DNA of 54,709 bases from an uncultured Bacteroidales bacterium (GCA_964478555.1 CAYZNC010000002.1:1-54709), one strand, 5' to 3'; shown: positions 1 to 10,660, counted from the stretch's first letter. Notes: generated from the sequence alone by a model not told the origin. Made by a program: numbers and translations.

Positions 1-57
1 ACTGAATAAAACAAATTTGCTTAGTAAATTTAGCACAACTTTTAACATAACACCTGC

Positions 58-528
58 GTGAAGATCATTTTTATGGTCATTGGTAAGACCTCAGAAGATT
101 ACCTGAAAGAGGGAACTGCTGTTTACGAAAAGCGATTAAAGAATTATCTGACTTTTGAAACAAAAGTTTTACCTGACATGAAGAAAACAGCCGGTTTGAG
201 TATTGCTGAACAACAAGCAAAAGAGGGTAAATTATTGTTGAATGCTCTCTCACCCGGCGATAAGTTAGTGCTTTTGGATGAACTTGGTAAACAATTGAGT
301 TCAACCGAATTTTCTGTTTTTTTGCAGAAATATATGTTACAGAGTTCAAAAAGCATGATTTTTGCTATAGGTGGTCCGTATGGTTTTTCGAAGGAAGTAT
401 ACGACAGGGCAGATGATAAGATTTCACTTTCCAAAATGACGTTTTCCCATCAAATGGTGAGGCTGATTTTTTTAGAACAATTATATAGGGCTATGACTAT
501 TCTTAAAAATGAGCCATACCATCATTAA
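58..528 (+). CDS. rlmH: 23S rRNA (pseudouridine1915-N3)-methyltransferase RlmH (SPOUT family)
   Basis: 156-aa ORF with GTG start. N-terminus MKIIFMVIGK and C-terminal knot motifs (FAIGGPYGFS, LSLSKMTFSHQMVRLIFLEQLYRA) are typical of RlmH. Confidence 0.9.
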   Translation: MKIIFMVIGKTSEDYLKEGTAVYEKRLKNYLTFETKVLPDMKKTAGLSIAEQQAKEGKLLLNALSPGDKLVLLDELGKQLSSTEFSVFLQKYMLQSSKSMIFAIGGPYGFSKEVYDRADDKISLSKMTFSHQMVRLIFLEQLYRAMTILKNEPYHH

Positions 529-611
529 AAAAGACGTAAGAATCAAGATGTAGGTAATTAGTCTTATGACTTACTACCAGATACTTACGACTAATTTATA
601 ATAATAGTTAG

Positions 612-3600
612 ATGAATATCAAATCGATTATAAAATATGGTGTAATTACTTTCTCCATATTTTTATTTGGGAGATTAACCGAGAAAAATATCTTGTTTCC
701 AAGGTTTAATAGTACGTATGTCCAACGATTTCAAAGGGTATATATTGATAAGGAGAAAGCGCTGAATGAAATTCTGTTAAAAATAGAAGCTTCGGTGAAG
801 AACCAGAAAGACATTCACATTTATGATCCTGATTTAACAGAATATATCGGTTTGCTTGAAAAAAAAGGGATCGCCATATTTATTTTTAAAAAAGACACCT
901 TAAAATACTGGTCAGATAACTCCGTACCTATTTCCCTCCAATACTCATCAAGTGGTATTGATAGTACATTTTTATATTTAAAAAATGCTTGGTATGTACC
1001 CCGGACTATTAAAAACAAAACCGTTACCATTGTTGGATTAATCCAGATTAAGCAGGTTTATCAATATGAAAATAAATATCTGGTTACCAAGTTTCAAAAA
1101 GATTTTAATGTGCCATCATCAGTTAAAATATCTACCCGGAAATTACCAAACTGTTTTCCAATTTATAATAGTAATCACCGGTACCTGTTTTCCATAGTTT
1201 TTGATCAGGGCGCTCATCACTTATATTTTCAGGAATATATTCCTTCAGTGGCTTATTTTTTATCTTTCCTGTTTCTGTTGTGGCTTGTTTTCCAATTTAT
1301 TAAACTAATACCTGAAACAGGGAAACGTAACCTTGTCATTATCAATTGCGCAATTATTCTGATTTTTGTGAGGATCTTATCCCTGAAATTGCAGTTGCCC
1401 AATGTTTTTTATGATTTGGACCTATTTAATCCCCAATACTTTGCTTCATCGGAATTAATTCCATCTTTGGGAGATTTACTCTTTTGGGCTATTGTAGGCT
1501 TCTTTTTGATATTTCTTTTTTACAAATGCTATACGTTCTCGTTACCGCAAAGATGGTACGATCATTCCTGGCGTTTCAGAACTTTCTTGTTTTGTCAGCT
1601 TCTTGTCCTGCTGGGTGTGTTTTTCGGTATCGGTTTTCTTATTAAAAGCATTATTCTGAATTCAACCATATCATTTGAAGTAAATAAACTTCTCCTTTTT
1701 GACTTATATAGCCTTGTAGGGTATGTTATTATTGTTTTGCTATTTGCATCATTTACATTTTATTTTGACAAGATACTTCTGTTATTAAACAATCAGATTT
1801 CATTTGCCTGGTTCAATCTTATTTTCTTGCTGACTAATGTTGTTATGGCAGGTATATTATATGTTCTACACATACCTATCCACGTCATTTCAATGCTGTT
1901 TGTTATTTTGTTAGGTGTTTTTTTAAGTAATGTAAGGCTTCGGCTTAAATCCGTTTACAAGTATTCGACGCTCATTATGATAGCCTTTTTGTTTTCGGTA
2001 TTCACGGTTTTCATCGTTTCCGAATACTCTCTGATACGCAGCAATAATCAAAAAAAGGTTCTGGTAACAAGTTTATCAAATGAACGCGACCCGGTTGCCG
2101 AATATCTTTTCCGGGAAAGAGATAAAGAAATAAGACAGGATACCGTTTTGAATAATCTTGTTCATAAAAAAGCAAACTTTGATATTAACCGCATTTACAA
2201 GTATATAAAGCGTAATTATTTTGAAGGTTATTTCGAGAAGTATACCGTACAGGTTACAGTTTGCAAACCTAGTGATAGCCTTTATCTGGAACCTCCTGAC
2301 AATGCCTATGTCCACTGTTATACATTTTTCTCTAACATGACAACAGAGCGTGGTGCCCGACTGCCGGGAATTAATTTCTACTATATTGATAATAAGATTG
2401 GCCGGATTAATTATCTCGGATGGTTCGAATATGCGGGTTCGGAAGCTAACCCGATTTCGTTGTTTATTGAACTGGACTCAAAACCGGTTACGGAAATTCT
2501 TGGCTATCCTGAGTTGTTGCTCGATAGCAGATTCTCATTAAGTTCGATATTTAAAGAATATGATTATGCCAAATACTATAAGGGCGCAAGAATTTCGCAA
2601 TACGGTACTTTCAGATATAACCTCTCCGATAGTGTTTTCCAGAAAGCTAAAGGCGAATATGCATTCCTTTTTTATGGCGATCACGATCATTTAATATATC
2701 GTCCATCGAAGGATTCGTTAATTGTTTTGAGTTCTCCAACTATTTCATTGCTCGATTATCTAATATCCTTCTCCTATACATTTGTGGTTTATTTTCTTAT
2801 TCTTACGATCGTTGTCTTATGTATTAATTTACCAATTTTAAAAAATGCTTTCTTTCCTAACTTCAAGAATAAGATCCAATTTTCGATGATGTCGGTATTG
2901 TTTCTGTCGCTTATATTGATAGGAGGGGGGACTTTATTTTTCAATATCCGTCAGTATTATGTAAAGCACTATGCCATTATTAGCGAAAAACTAAAATCCA
3001 TAGATACGGAACTTTCGCAGGTGCTTGCCCAGGAACAACATATAGATGAGGATTGGCATGCATATCCTTACTACAATCTCGATGAACTGTTGGTTAGATT
3101 GTCGAATATTTTTTATACTGACGTTAATCTTTACGACCCCAATGGAAACCTTATTGCTACTTCGCGACCGGAGATATTTGATAAGGGTCTGGCAGGTACT
3201 AAAATGAATCCGGAAGCATATAATGCTTTATTGGGTTCAATGAATCCGGAAGTAATTCATCATGAGCAAATAGGTGGGTTAAATTATATTTCGGCTTATT
3301 TGCCGTTTAAAAATAAAGACGGCAAATTATTGGCTTTTTTAGATTTACCTTATTTTACAACCCAGGAGGAACTGACCCGCGAAGTATCTACCATGGTTAT
3401 TGCGGCAGTTAATATGTACGTGCTTTTATTAATGATAACCTTCCTGATAGCTGTATTTATTTCTCAGAAAATAACACTGCCGTTACGAATTATACAAACG
3501 AAATTCAGTACCATACGACTCGGCCAAAAATATGAAAAAATAGACTATACCAGTAACGATGAAATTGGGGGGCTGGTAAATGAATACAACAGAATGGTTA

Positions 3601-4316
3601 CGGAATTGGAAAAAAGCATTGAATTGTTAGCGCGGTCCGAGAGGGAATCAGCTTGGCGAGAAATGGCAAAGCAGATAGCGCATGAAATTAATAATCCGCT
3701 TACCCCTATGAAGCTAAGCGTACAGCATTTGCAGAGAGCCTGGATGGATAAAAATGAACATTTCGATGAGTACCTCGACCGCATTTCAAAGACATTAATT
3801 GATGAAATTGATAATCTATCGGCTATCGCCACTGAATTTTCAAATTTTGCAAAAATGCCGGCTGCGATGAGTCAACAGTTAGATTTAATAACAAAAATAG
3901 ACAATGCTGTGAGTTTGTTTGCTAACGATGATGTTGACTTTCAGGTGAATTTAAATAAAAATAAAGAAATTACCATCTATGCGGATAAAGAGCAGATATC
4001 CAGAGTTTTAATAAATTTATTCAAAAATGCTATTCAATCCGTAGCCAAAGGTGTAAAGCCACGTATTGTCATTGATGTAAAAACAGATGACCAGAATGTA
4101 ATAGTGCAGGTTAAAGACAATGGAAAGGGCATACCAAAAGAGATGCAGGAAAAACTGTTTCGCCCGAATTTTACTACAAAAACAAGCGGCATGGGATTGG
4201 GGCTTGCTATTGTAAAAAATATTATTGAAAGTTCAGGAGGCACAATAACTTACAAAACTCAAGAAGACAAGGGCACTACATTTATTATTACTTTGCCTTT
4301 ATATAGGCTACCATAG
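612..4316 (+). CDS. Large multi-pass membrane sensor histidine kinase (extracytoplasmic domains, Cache-like domain, HAMP, HisKA, HATPase_c)
   Basis: 1234-aa ORF with many hydrophobic segments between about residues 200-480 and 720-780. H-box IAHEINNPLTPM, N-box LINLFKNAIQS, G1 VKDNGKGIP, G2 SGMGLGLAIV. No receiver domain and no adjacent response regulator. Confidence 0.85.
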   Translation: MNIKSIIKYGVITFSIFLFGRLTEKNILFPRFNSTYVQRFQRVYIDKEKALNEILLKIEASVKNQKDIHIYDPDLTEYIGLLEKKGIAIFIFKKDTLKYWSDNSVPISLQYSSSGIDSTFLYLKNAWYVPRTIKNKTVTIVGLIQIKQVYQYENKYLVTKFQKDFNVPSSVKISTRKLPNCFPIYNSNHRYLFSIVFDQGAHHLYFQEYIPSVAYFLSFLFLLWLVFQFIKLIPETGKRNLVIINCAIILIFVRILSLKLQLPNVFYDLDLFNPQYFASSELIPSLGDLLFWAIVGFFLIFLFYKCYTFSLPQRWYDHSWRFRTFLFCQLLVLLGVFFGIGFLIKSIILNSTISFEVNKLLLFDLYSLVGYVIIVLLFASFTFYFDKILLLLNNQISFAWFNLIFLLTNVVMAGILYVLHIPIHVISMLFVILLGVFLSNVRLRLKSVYKYSTLIMIAFLFSVFTVFIVSEYSLIRSNNQKKVLVTSLSNERDPVAEYLFRERDKEIRQDTVLNNLVHKKANFDINRIYKYIKRNYFEGYFEKYTVQVTVCKPSDSLYLEPPDNAYVHCYTFFSNMTTERGARLPGINFYYIDNKIGRINYLGWFEYAGSEANPISLFIELDSKPVTEILGYPELLLDSRFSLSSIFKEYDYAKYYKGARISQYGTFRYNLSDSVFQKAKGEYAFLFYGDHDHLIYRPSKDSLIVLSSPTISLLDYLISFSYTFVVYFLILTIVVLCINLPILKNAFFPNFKNKIQFSMMSVLFLSLILIGGGTLFFNIRQYYVKHYAIISEKLKSIDTELSQVLAQEQHIDEDWHAYPYYNLDELLVRLSNIFYTDVNLYDPNGNLIATSRPEIFDKGLAGTKMNPEAYNALLGSMNPEVIHHEQIGGLNYISAYLPFKNKDGKLLAFLDLPYFTTQEELTREVSTMVIAAVNMYVLLLMITFLIAVFISQKITLPLRIIQTKFSTIRLGQKYEKIDYTSNDEIGGLVNEYNRMVTELEKSIELLARSERESAWREMAKQIAHEINNPLTPMKLSVQHLQRAWMDKNEHFDEYLDRISKTLIDEIDNLSAIATEFSNFAKMPAAMSQQLDLITKIDNAVSLFANDDVDFQVNLNKNKEITIYADKEQISRVLINLFKNAIQSVAKGVKPRIVIDVKTDDQNVIVQVKDNGKGIPKEMQEKLFRPNFTTKTSGMGLGLAIVKNIIESSGGTITYKTQEDKGTTFIITLPLYRLP

Positions 4317-4340
4317 GCAGCACAATGTAGCGTATTGCGA

Positions 4341-4583
4341 TTATTTTTCTATCTTCTTGGCAAGTATAATCATACTCGCAGTTTGGAAGTATCCGTTTCC
4401 ATTGGATATGGAACCAGAAGTAACGGGTGTTAACTGAATGACTTCAAAACCATCTTTAGCTAGTTCGTTACAAACTCGTTCAATTTCTTGCGCGAGATCA
4501 ACGGAATCAACAATTAATTCTTCCTGTGATTCTCTATTTGTCCAGTAGGTTGATCGTGATTGAAGTAAGACAGTTTTGTACAT
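4341..4583 (-). CDS. Hypothetical small protein (80 aa)
   Basis: Clean ORF convergent with the kinase gene and in tandem with the next small ORF. I recognise no motif with confidence. Confidence 0.5.
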   Translation of the reverse strand: MYKTVLLQSRSTYWTNRESQEELIVDSVDLAQEIERVCNELAKDGFEVIQLTPVTSGSISNGNGYFQTASMIILAKKIEK

Positions 4584-4625
4584 ATTGTTATTTTATTGAA
4601 TTTTAATATAAATGTAAAAGTTTTA

Positions 4626-4946
4626 TCAAGATAGCTTTAATTGTATGATCCGAGTAATATCGACCAGAATTTCTTCTTCTGTATTGGTATATTCCGGTTT
4701 AATGGAAAGAATGATAAAGTTTTCGTCAGCGCGTATGGGCTGCAGTAACTGAAACTCCGGAATGGTTTCTATTAGCAATACAAATATGTCATTATCAGAC
4801 ATTTTGCCAAAACCGCCAATTCCTTCGTAACGAATCAAACTAAAAATTCTCTCTTCATTCATCTGAAGAATCTGTTGAGTTACTTGCTCAGACAAAAAAT
4901 TTTTAACTTTGTTTCTGGAAAGATTTATTTCTTTCATGGCATTCAA
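4626..4946 (-). CDS. Hypothetical protein (106 aa)
   Basis: ORF with ATG start, same strand as and 43 bp upstream of the 80-aa ORF. No recognisable motif. Confidence 0.5.
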   Translation of the reverse strand: MNAMKEINLSRNKVKNFLSEQVTQQILQMNEERIFSLIRYEGIGGFGKMSDNDIFVLLIETIPEFQLLQPIRADENFIILSIKPEYTNTEEEILVDITRIIQLKLS

Positions 4947-5038
4947 AATTTAATGTTAAGGTATCAATTATATTTCAAATACAAAAGCCCCGATTTAATT
5001 TCTTTAGATTAACTTGGTGTCTTTTTAAAAATCAATCA

Positions 5039-5623
5039 ATGCTTAAGATTGAAAATTCTGTATGTAGTTTTGATATTTTGGAAGCGAAATTTTCATGTGA
5101 TATCAAAAAATGTAAGGGCGCTTGCTGTGTTTTGGGCGATTCGGGAGCCCCTCTTGAGGATCATGAAGTGGAAATATTACACAATATTTTCCCGAACATT
5201 GAGCCATATATGAGCGATAAAGGAATACAGGCGGTGAAGAAGCTGGGTACATCTGTTATTGATAAAGATGGCGATCATGTTACCCCACTCGTCAATCATA
5301 AGGAGTGTGCATACGTGATATTTGAAGAAGGAATTGCTAAATGCGCTATTGAAAAAGCGTATGAAGCAAAAGCGATTACTTTTCAAAAGCCGGTTTCGTG
5401 TCATTTGTATCCTATCAGAATTACCAAGTATAAAGATTTTGATGCCTTGAATTATCACCAATGGGATATCTGCAAACCAGCCCTTGCATATGGGAAGAAA
5501 AATAATGCAACCTTGTTCCAATACCTTCGTGCTCCGTTGATACGCAAATATGGAAAACCGTGGTTTGAAAAATTAGAAATCGCATCGAAAGAAGTATTTA
5601 AATATCTGGGAAGAGAGAAGTAA
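5039..5623 (+). CDS. Cys-rich DUF3109-like protein
   Basis: 194-aa ORF with the cluster CSFD...CDIKKCKGACCVLGDSGAPL and later conserved Cys and His residues. Resembles the DUF3109 family common in Bacteroidota, assigned from memory. Confidence 0.6.
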   Translation: MLKIENSVCSFDILEAKFSCDIKKCKGACCVLGDSGAPLEDHEVEILHNIFPNIEPYMSDKGIQAVKKLGTSVIDKDGDHVTPLVNHKECAYVIFEEGIAKCAIEKAYEAKAITFQKPVSCHLYPIRITKYKDFDALNYHQWDICKPALAYGKKNNATLFQYLRAPLIRKYGKPWFEKLEIASKEVFKYLGREK

Positions 5624-5636
5624 ATTTCAAGTATCA

Positions 5637-5707
5637 AGTACAAAGTATAGAGTACAAAGTATAGAGTACAAAGTATAAGTAAAAAGGGTGATCGGTAAAA
5701 AGGGTGA
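5637..5707. repeat. Two adjacent short tandem repeats
   Basis: Three head-to-tail copies of AGTACAAAGTATAG (5637-5678, third copy degenerate), then GTAAAAAGGGTGA twice at 16-bp spacing (5679-5707). Read directly from the sequence. Confidence 0.9.
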
Positions 5708-6298
5708 CTCGTCCTAAAAAAAGTTTACAGATTAATAGTTAAATCCTGATATAATCTTCCAATTTCCAACTTCTCACTTTCCTTTTTACACCTCTTCCAT
5801 TTTCAGCCTTCCCCCTTAAATTTCAACAAAAATCAAATTTTATTTATAAAAATATCCGGCAAAACCAATTTTTAATTACATTTGTAAAGTAAAACTTTCA
5901 ATTATCTTTAAATTTATACTAAAAATAAGAATTTATCTTAATAAATGGAAAATTTCTTTTCTTTGAAACTATATATAATAAGTGCCTCTTATGACCAATA
6001 AAGATTTTTTAAACCTCATCAAAGCAGACAAGGTCGAAAATGGCGAATTAACATTTGTTGATTTGCCGGAACCTTAAATTAGCTGTTGTCCTTAATTATA
6101 AATCAGCATGTAAAAAGATAGTCCAGGAGTAGCTTTCTATTTTTGGCTAAAATTCAAAAAAAAGTTAAATTTTCGAGGGTAACTTTCAAAAAAAATGACA
6201 ATTTGTTAAATAAAGTACATATTTTTTTAATTCTTTTAATAAAAAGTTATTTATATTTGCCCTTATTCATTAAAAACAATTTCATATAAATAATATTT

Positions 6299-8488
6299 AT
6301 GGCAACATTACGATTTAAAGCATTAGGGGAAGCTATAAGCAGGAAGCCTGTATGTGTTACACCCCCATCAGTTAAAACATCCGATTATTACGGAAAGTAT
6401 GTGTTTGATAGGCCTAAAATGCAGAAGTATCTTTCGAAAGAAGCATATCAGGCTGTTGTTGCAGCAATAGATAAAAGCCAGAGAATAGACAGAAAAATGG
6501 CTGATCAGGTAGCTGCCGGTATGAAAACATGGGCTATGGAATTGGGAGCCACCCATTATACCCACTGGTTTCAACCTTTAACAGGTGGTACTGCAGAAAA
6601 ACACGATGCCTTTGCCGATCCTCAGGGTGATGGTACTGTAATTGATAATTTTTCAGGTAAATTATTGGCACAACAAGAACCAGATGCATCAAGTTTTCCA
6701 AGTGGTGGTATTCGTGCTACCTTTGAAGCACGCGGCTACACAGCATGGGATCCTTCTTCTCCTGCTTTCGTTATGGATGATACTTTATGTATACCAACTA
6801 TCTTTATTTCCTATACCGGAGAAGTACTTGACCATAAAACTCCTTTATTAAAAGCTTTAAGTGCACTTGATAAAGCTGCAGTTGAAGTTTGCCATTATTT
6901 TGATAAAGATGTTCAGAAAGTTAATGCTAACCTTGGCTGGGAACAGGAATATTTTCTTATTGATGAAGCTTTATTTGAAGCACGTCCCGACCTTAAATTA
7001 ACTGAACGTACTTTAATGGGTCATGAATCTGCTAAGAATCAACAACTGGAAGATCAGTATTTTGGTGCTATTCCTCCACGTGTACAAGAATTCATGAAGG
7101 ATTTCGAAATTGAAGGTTGGAAACTTGGTATGCCTCTTAAGACTCGTCATAACGAAGTTGCTCCTAACCAATATGAAGTAGCTCCTGTTTATGAAGAATG
7201 TAACCTTGGAGTTGATCATAACTTATTGACCATGACTCTGATGCGTAATATCGCACGGAAACATAACTTTGCATGTTTATTACATGAGAAGCCTTTCGCA
7301 GGAATCAATGGATCCGGAAAACATAACAACTGGTCTATGTCAACTGATACAGGGGTAAACCTTTTATCACCTGGTAAAAACCCGAAGAGTAATTTACAAT
7401 TCCTTACTTTCCTTGTAAATACCCTAATGGCGGTTTACAAAAACGCTCCATTGCTTAAGGCTTCTATATCTTCAGCAAATAATGCTCATCGTTTGGGCGC
7501 TAACGAAGCTCCTCCCGCTATTATTTCAGCTTTCCTCGGAACATATTTATCCAAGATGCTCGATCAAATCGAAGAGAAAGTCACTGAACATAAAATGACT
7601 CCCGACGAAAAAACTGAAATCAAACTTGATATTGGAAGAATTCCTGAAATTTTACTTGATAATACAGATCGTAACCGTACTTCTCCTTTTGCATTTACCG
7701 GAAACCGTTTTGAATTCCGTGCTGTTGGTTCATCAGCAAACTGTGCTGAAGGTATGATCGCTCTCAATACTGCTCTTGCTGCCCAATTGTTGGAATTCAA
7801 GAACGATGTAGACGCTATCATTGAAAAGGGTGTTAAGAAAGATGAAGCTATTTTCCAGGTTTTACGCAAATATATTAAGGAATCCAAACCAATCCGTTTC
7901 GATGGAAACAATTACAGTGATGAGTGGAAAGCCGAAGCTAAAAAACGTGGTTTGAATGACGAAAGTAATCCGGTTAAAATTTTTGATTACTATTTATCAG
8001 AAAGCTCCATTAACTTATTCAAGAAAACAGGTGTATTGAGTGAAAAAGAACTCCATGCCCGCACGGAGATCAAATGGGAAATTTATACCAAGAAGGTTCA
8101 GATCGAAGCCAGAGTACTTGGCGATTTAGCACTTAATCACATTGTTCCTGTTGCTATTGAATATCAGACTTCATTGATTCAGAACGTTCAGGGTTTAAAA
8201 CAATTGTTTTCCGATGCTGAATATAAGGAATTGGCTACTGCACGTCTTGCTTTAATCAAAGAAGTAGGTAATCATATTTCTACGATCAAATCGAAAGTAA
8301 ACAAAATGGTTGAAGCCCGTAAGGTGGTGAATAAAATAGAAGATGCACGTGAAAAAGCACTTGCTTATTCTGAAAAAATATTCCCAATGTTCGAAGAGAT
8401 CCGGTATCATATCGACAAACTCGAACTCATTGTGGATAACGAAATGTGGACTTTACCTAAATACAGAGAATTGTTGTTCATTCGATAA
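6299..8488 (+). CDS. glnN: Glutamine synthetase type III
   Basis: 729-aa ORF, the length characteristic of Bacteroides-type GSIII. GS catalytic-domain strings (NEVAPNQYEVAP, HEKPFAGINGSGKHNNWS, SSANNAHRLGANEAPPAIIS). Confidence 0.93.
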   Translation: MATLRFKALGEAISRKPVCVTPPSVKTSDYYGKYVFDRPKMQKYLSKEAYQAVVAAIDKSQRIDRKMADQVAAGMKTWAMELGATHYTHWFQPLTGGTAEKHDAFADPQGDGTVIDNFSGKLLAQQEPDASSFPSGGIRATFEARGYTAWDPSSPAFVMDDTLCIPTIFISYTGEVLDHKTPLLKALSALDKAAVEVCHYFDKDVQKVNANLGWEQEYFLIDEALFEARPDLKLTERTLMGHESAKNQQLEDQYFGAIPPRVQEFMKDFEIEGWKLGMPLKTRHNEVAPNQYEVAPVYEECNLGVDHNLLTMTLMRNIARKHNFACLLHEKPFAGINGSGKHNNWSMSTDTGVNLLSPGKNPKSNLQFLTFLVNTLMAVYKNAPLLKASISSANNAHRLGANEAPPAIISAFLGTYLSKMLDQIEEKVTEHKMTPDEKTEIKLDIGRIPEILLDNTDRNRTSPFAFTGNRFEFRAVGSSANCAEGMIALNTALAAQLLEFKNDVDAIIEKGVKKDEAIFQVLRKYIKESKPIRFDGNNYSDEWKAEAKKRGLNDESNPVKIFDYYLSESSINLFKKTGVLSEKELHARTEIKWEIYTKKVQIEARVLGDLALNHIVPVAIEYQTSLIQNVQGLKQLFSDAEYKELATARLALIKEVGNHISTIKSKVNKMVEARKVVNKIEDAREKALAYSEKIFPMFEEIRYHIDKLELIVDNEMWTLPKYRELLFIR

Positions 8489-8512
8489 TTTCCAGATTAC
8501 ATTTACATATGG

Positions 8513-8548
8513 GAGGTTGTTTCTTTTGAGACAACCTCTTTTTGTTTT
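8513..8548 (+). terminator. Rho-independent terminator after glnN
   Basis: GAGGTTGT (8513-8520) pairs with ACAACCTC (8531-8538); the stem can extend by 3 bp around a TTTT loop. Followed by TTTTTGTTTT. Confidence 0.7.
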
Positions 8549-8622
8549 GGTATAATCTCTTTATTAAGAAAATAAAAATACCTATTTTTACGTTTTCAGT
8601 AACCAAATAGCAAAATCTATTC

Positions 8623-10608
8623 ATGAAAAGCTTACATTTCATATTCATAGCGTGTGTGTTGACATTGATCACGGAAATTGGTTCCGCACAAACCGCTAAA
8701 TCGGCAAAAGCCCTGGCTGCATTTAATGCTGGTGAATATTTTACAGCAATCGATCTTTACAAAAGTGCTTATAACAATCTTACCGAGAAAACCGGGAAAG
8801 CCGAAATGCTTTTCCAAATCGCAGAATGTTATCGTTTGGTGAGCGAGCCTCGCCAGGCAGAGCTTTGGTACAATAAGGCGATCGCTAAAGGTATCTCCAA
8901 CCCATTGGCCATCCTATATTTGGCTGATGCACAGAAAATGAATATGAAATATGCTGAAGCAAAAGATAGCTATAAAAAATATAAAGATAATGTATCTAAA
9001 GACCCCCGGGCCGATGATGGTATCCGGTCCTGTGAGTTAGCTCAAAAATGGATGGAAAACCCTAGCGGTTACCAGGTAGACAATATGAAATTTTTTAATT
9101 CGAAACAAAATGATTTTTGTCCTGCTTACGGTTCAGAAGATTACAGCACTGTTTATTTTACCTCTTCGCGCGATGGTTCTACAGGGAAATCAATAAGTGG
9201 GGCTACAGGACAGAACTTTGCAGATATATTTGTTTCCAAAATGGACCGTAAAGGTACCTGGAGTCAACCGGTACTGGTAAGTAATAGCATTAATACTGAA
9301 TTTGACGACGGTTCTCCCTGCCTTTCCAAAGATTTTAAGACCATGTACTTTACCAGATGCGAAAAAGCCAAATCAAAAAATTTCGGATGTGCTATTTACT
9401 ATTCTGAACTTCAAGGTGAAGAGTGGTCTAAAAGTAAAAAGATTTTGATTGCCAGTGACAGTATTATTGTTGCACACCCTGCCATTTCGCCCGACGAACT
9501 TACGCTTTATTTTACTTCTGATATGGAAGGTGGACAAGGAGGCAAAGATATATGGAAAGTAAACCGTGCTAAAAAAGGTGATGAATGGGGAACTCCTGAG
9601 AATATGGGCCCACAGATCAATACTCCCGGAGACGAAGAGTTTCCTTATGTTCATGCTGACGGAACACTTTATTTTTCATCCAATGGTCAGGTTGGTATGG
9701 GTGGCCTGGATATTTTCAAGGCTACTCAGAAGCCTGATGGCAGTTGGAATATCGAAAACATGGGTTATCCCATTAATTCAAACGCCGACGATTTTGCGAT
9801 TGTTTTTCAAAACGAAACGGAAAAAGGTCTTTTCTCGTCGAACCGCACTACTAAAGGTGACGACGATATCTACGCATTTACCTTACCTCCCCTTAAGTTT
9901 AATGTGGTAGGTGTAGTGAAAGATGAAAAAACTGATCAGGTTCTTGCTGATGCCACCGTGAAATCGATTAGCAGCGACGGTATTACCATCGATAACAGAA
10001 CGGATAAAAACGGAGCTTACCATTTTGCACTCAAACCCAATACAGACTATATTTTTATCGCTTCGCACGAAGGTTACCTGAATGGCAAGGAACGCGAAAC
10101 CACCAAAGGGCTCGACCATAGCCGCGATTTCAAAACAACAATTCTGTTAGCTTCCATTGCTAAGGCTATCGAATTACCGAATATTTTTTACGATTTTAAC
10201 AAATGGGACCTGCGACCTGAATCCATGGTTGCGCTTGACAAGTTAGTAGAGACACTCAACGACAACCCCACTATTACCATTGAATTGATGTCTCACACGG
10301 ACTCCCGGGGGAACGATGCTGATAATATGACACTTTCTCAGAAACGCGCACAATCTGTTGTCGATTACTTAATTCAAAAAGGTATTGCTTCGGATCGCTT
10401 ATCAGCAAAAGGTTATGGTAAAACCGAACCTAAAGTGGTTGATAAAAAACTTGCGGATCAATATACATTCCTGAAAGAAGGTTCAAAAGTTGACGATGAT
10501 CTTATAAAATCATTGACCGATCCGGATTTACAGGAAATTGCCCACCAAATCAATCGTAGAACTGAATTTAAGGTACTTCGTACGGATTATAAACCTAAAA
10601 AGAAATAA
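8623..10608 (+). CDS. OmpA-family outer-membrane protein with N-terminal TPR, TolB-like beta-propeller repeats and a CarboxypepD_reg-like domain
   Basis: 661-aa ORF with signal peptide. C-terminal OmpA_C motifs (FDFNKWDLRPES, MSHTDSRGNDADNMTLSQKRAQSVVDYL, NRRTEFKV). Repeated YFTS/YFSS propeller-like blocks. Confidence 0.85.
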   Translation: MKSLHFIFIACVLTLITEIGSAQTAKSAKALAAFNAGEYFTAIDLYKSAYNNLTEKTGKAEMLFQIAECYRLVSEPRQAELWYNKAIAKGISNPLAILYLADAQKMNMKYAEAKDSYKKYKDNVSKDPRADDGIRSCELAQKWMENPSGYQVDNMKFFNSKQNDFCPAYGSEDYSTVYFTSSRDGSTGKSISGATGQNFADIFVSKMDRKGTWSQPVLVSNSINTEFDDGSPCLSKDFKTMYFTRCEKAKSKNFGCAIYYSELQGEEWSKSKKILIASDSIIVAHPAISPDELTLYFTSDMEGGQGGKDIWKVNRAKKGDEWGTPENMGPQINTPGDEEFPYVHADGTLYFSSNGQVGMGGLDIFKATQKPDGSWNIENMGYPINSNADDFAIVFQNETEKGLFSSNRTTKGDDDIYAFTLPPLKFNVVGVVKDEKTDQVLADATVKSISSDGITIDNRTDKNGAYHFALKPNTDYIFIASHEGYLNGKERETTKGLDHSRDFKTTILLASIAKAIELPNIFYDFNKWDLRPESMVALDKLVETLNDNPTITIELMSHTDSRGNDADNMTLSQKRAQSVVDYLIQKGIASDRLSAKGYGKTEPKVVDKKLADQYTFLKEGSKVDDDLIKSLTDPDLQEIAHQINRRTEFKVLRTDYKPKKK

Positions 10609-10660
10609 AGGGGGAAAAGATAAATCATTTTCTTAATTTTGCCTGCCTAAAATTTCTTGC

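Noticed and set aside
5637-5707. Possible CRISPR array
   Set aside because: The repeat units are only 13-14 bp and directly abutting, or 3 bp apart, with no spacer-sized unique inserts and no cas genes. They are simple tandem repeats.
5991-6077. 28-aa ORF (MTNKDFLNLIKADKVENGELTFVDLPEP) in the glnN leader
   Set aside because: It is too short to support from sequence alone, has no recognisable motif and no clear ribosome-binding context. It is mentioned only within the leader finding.
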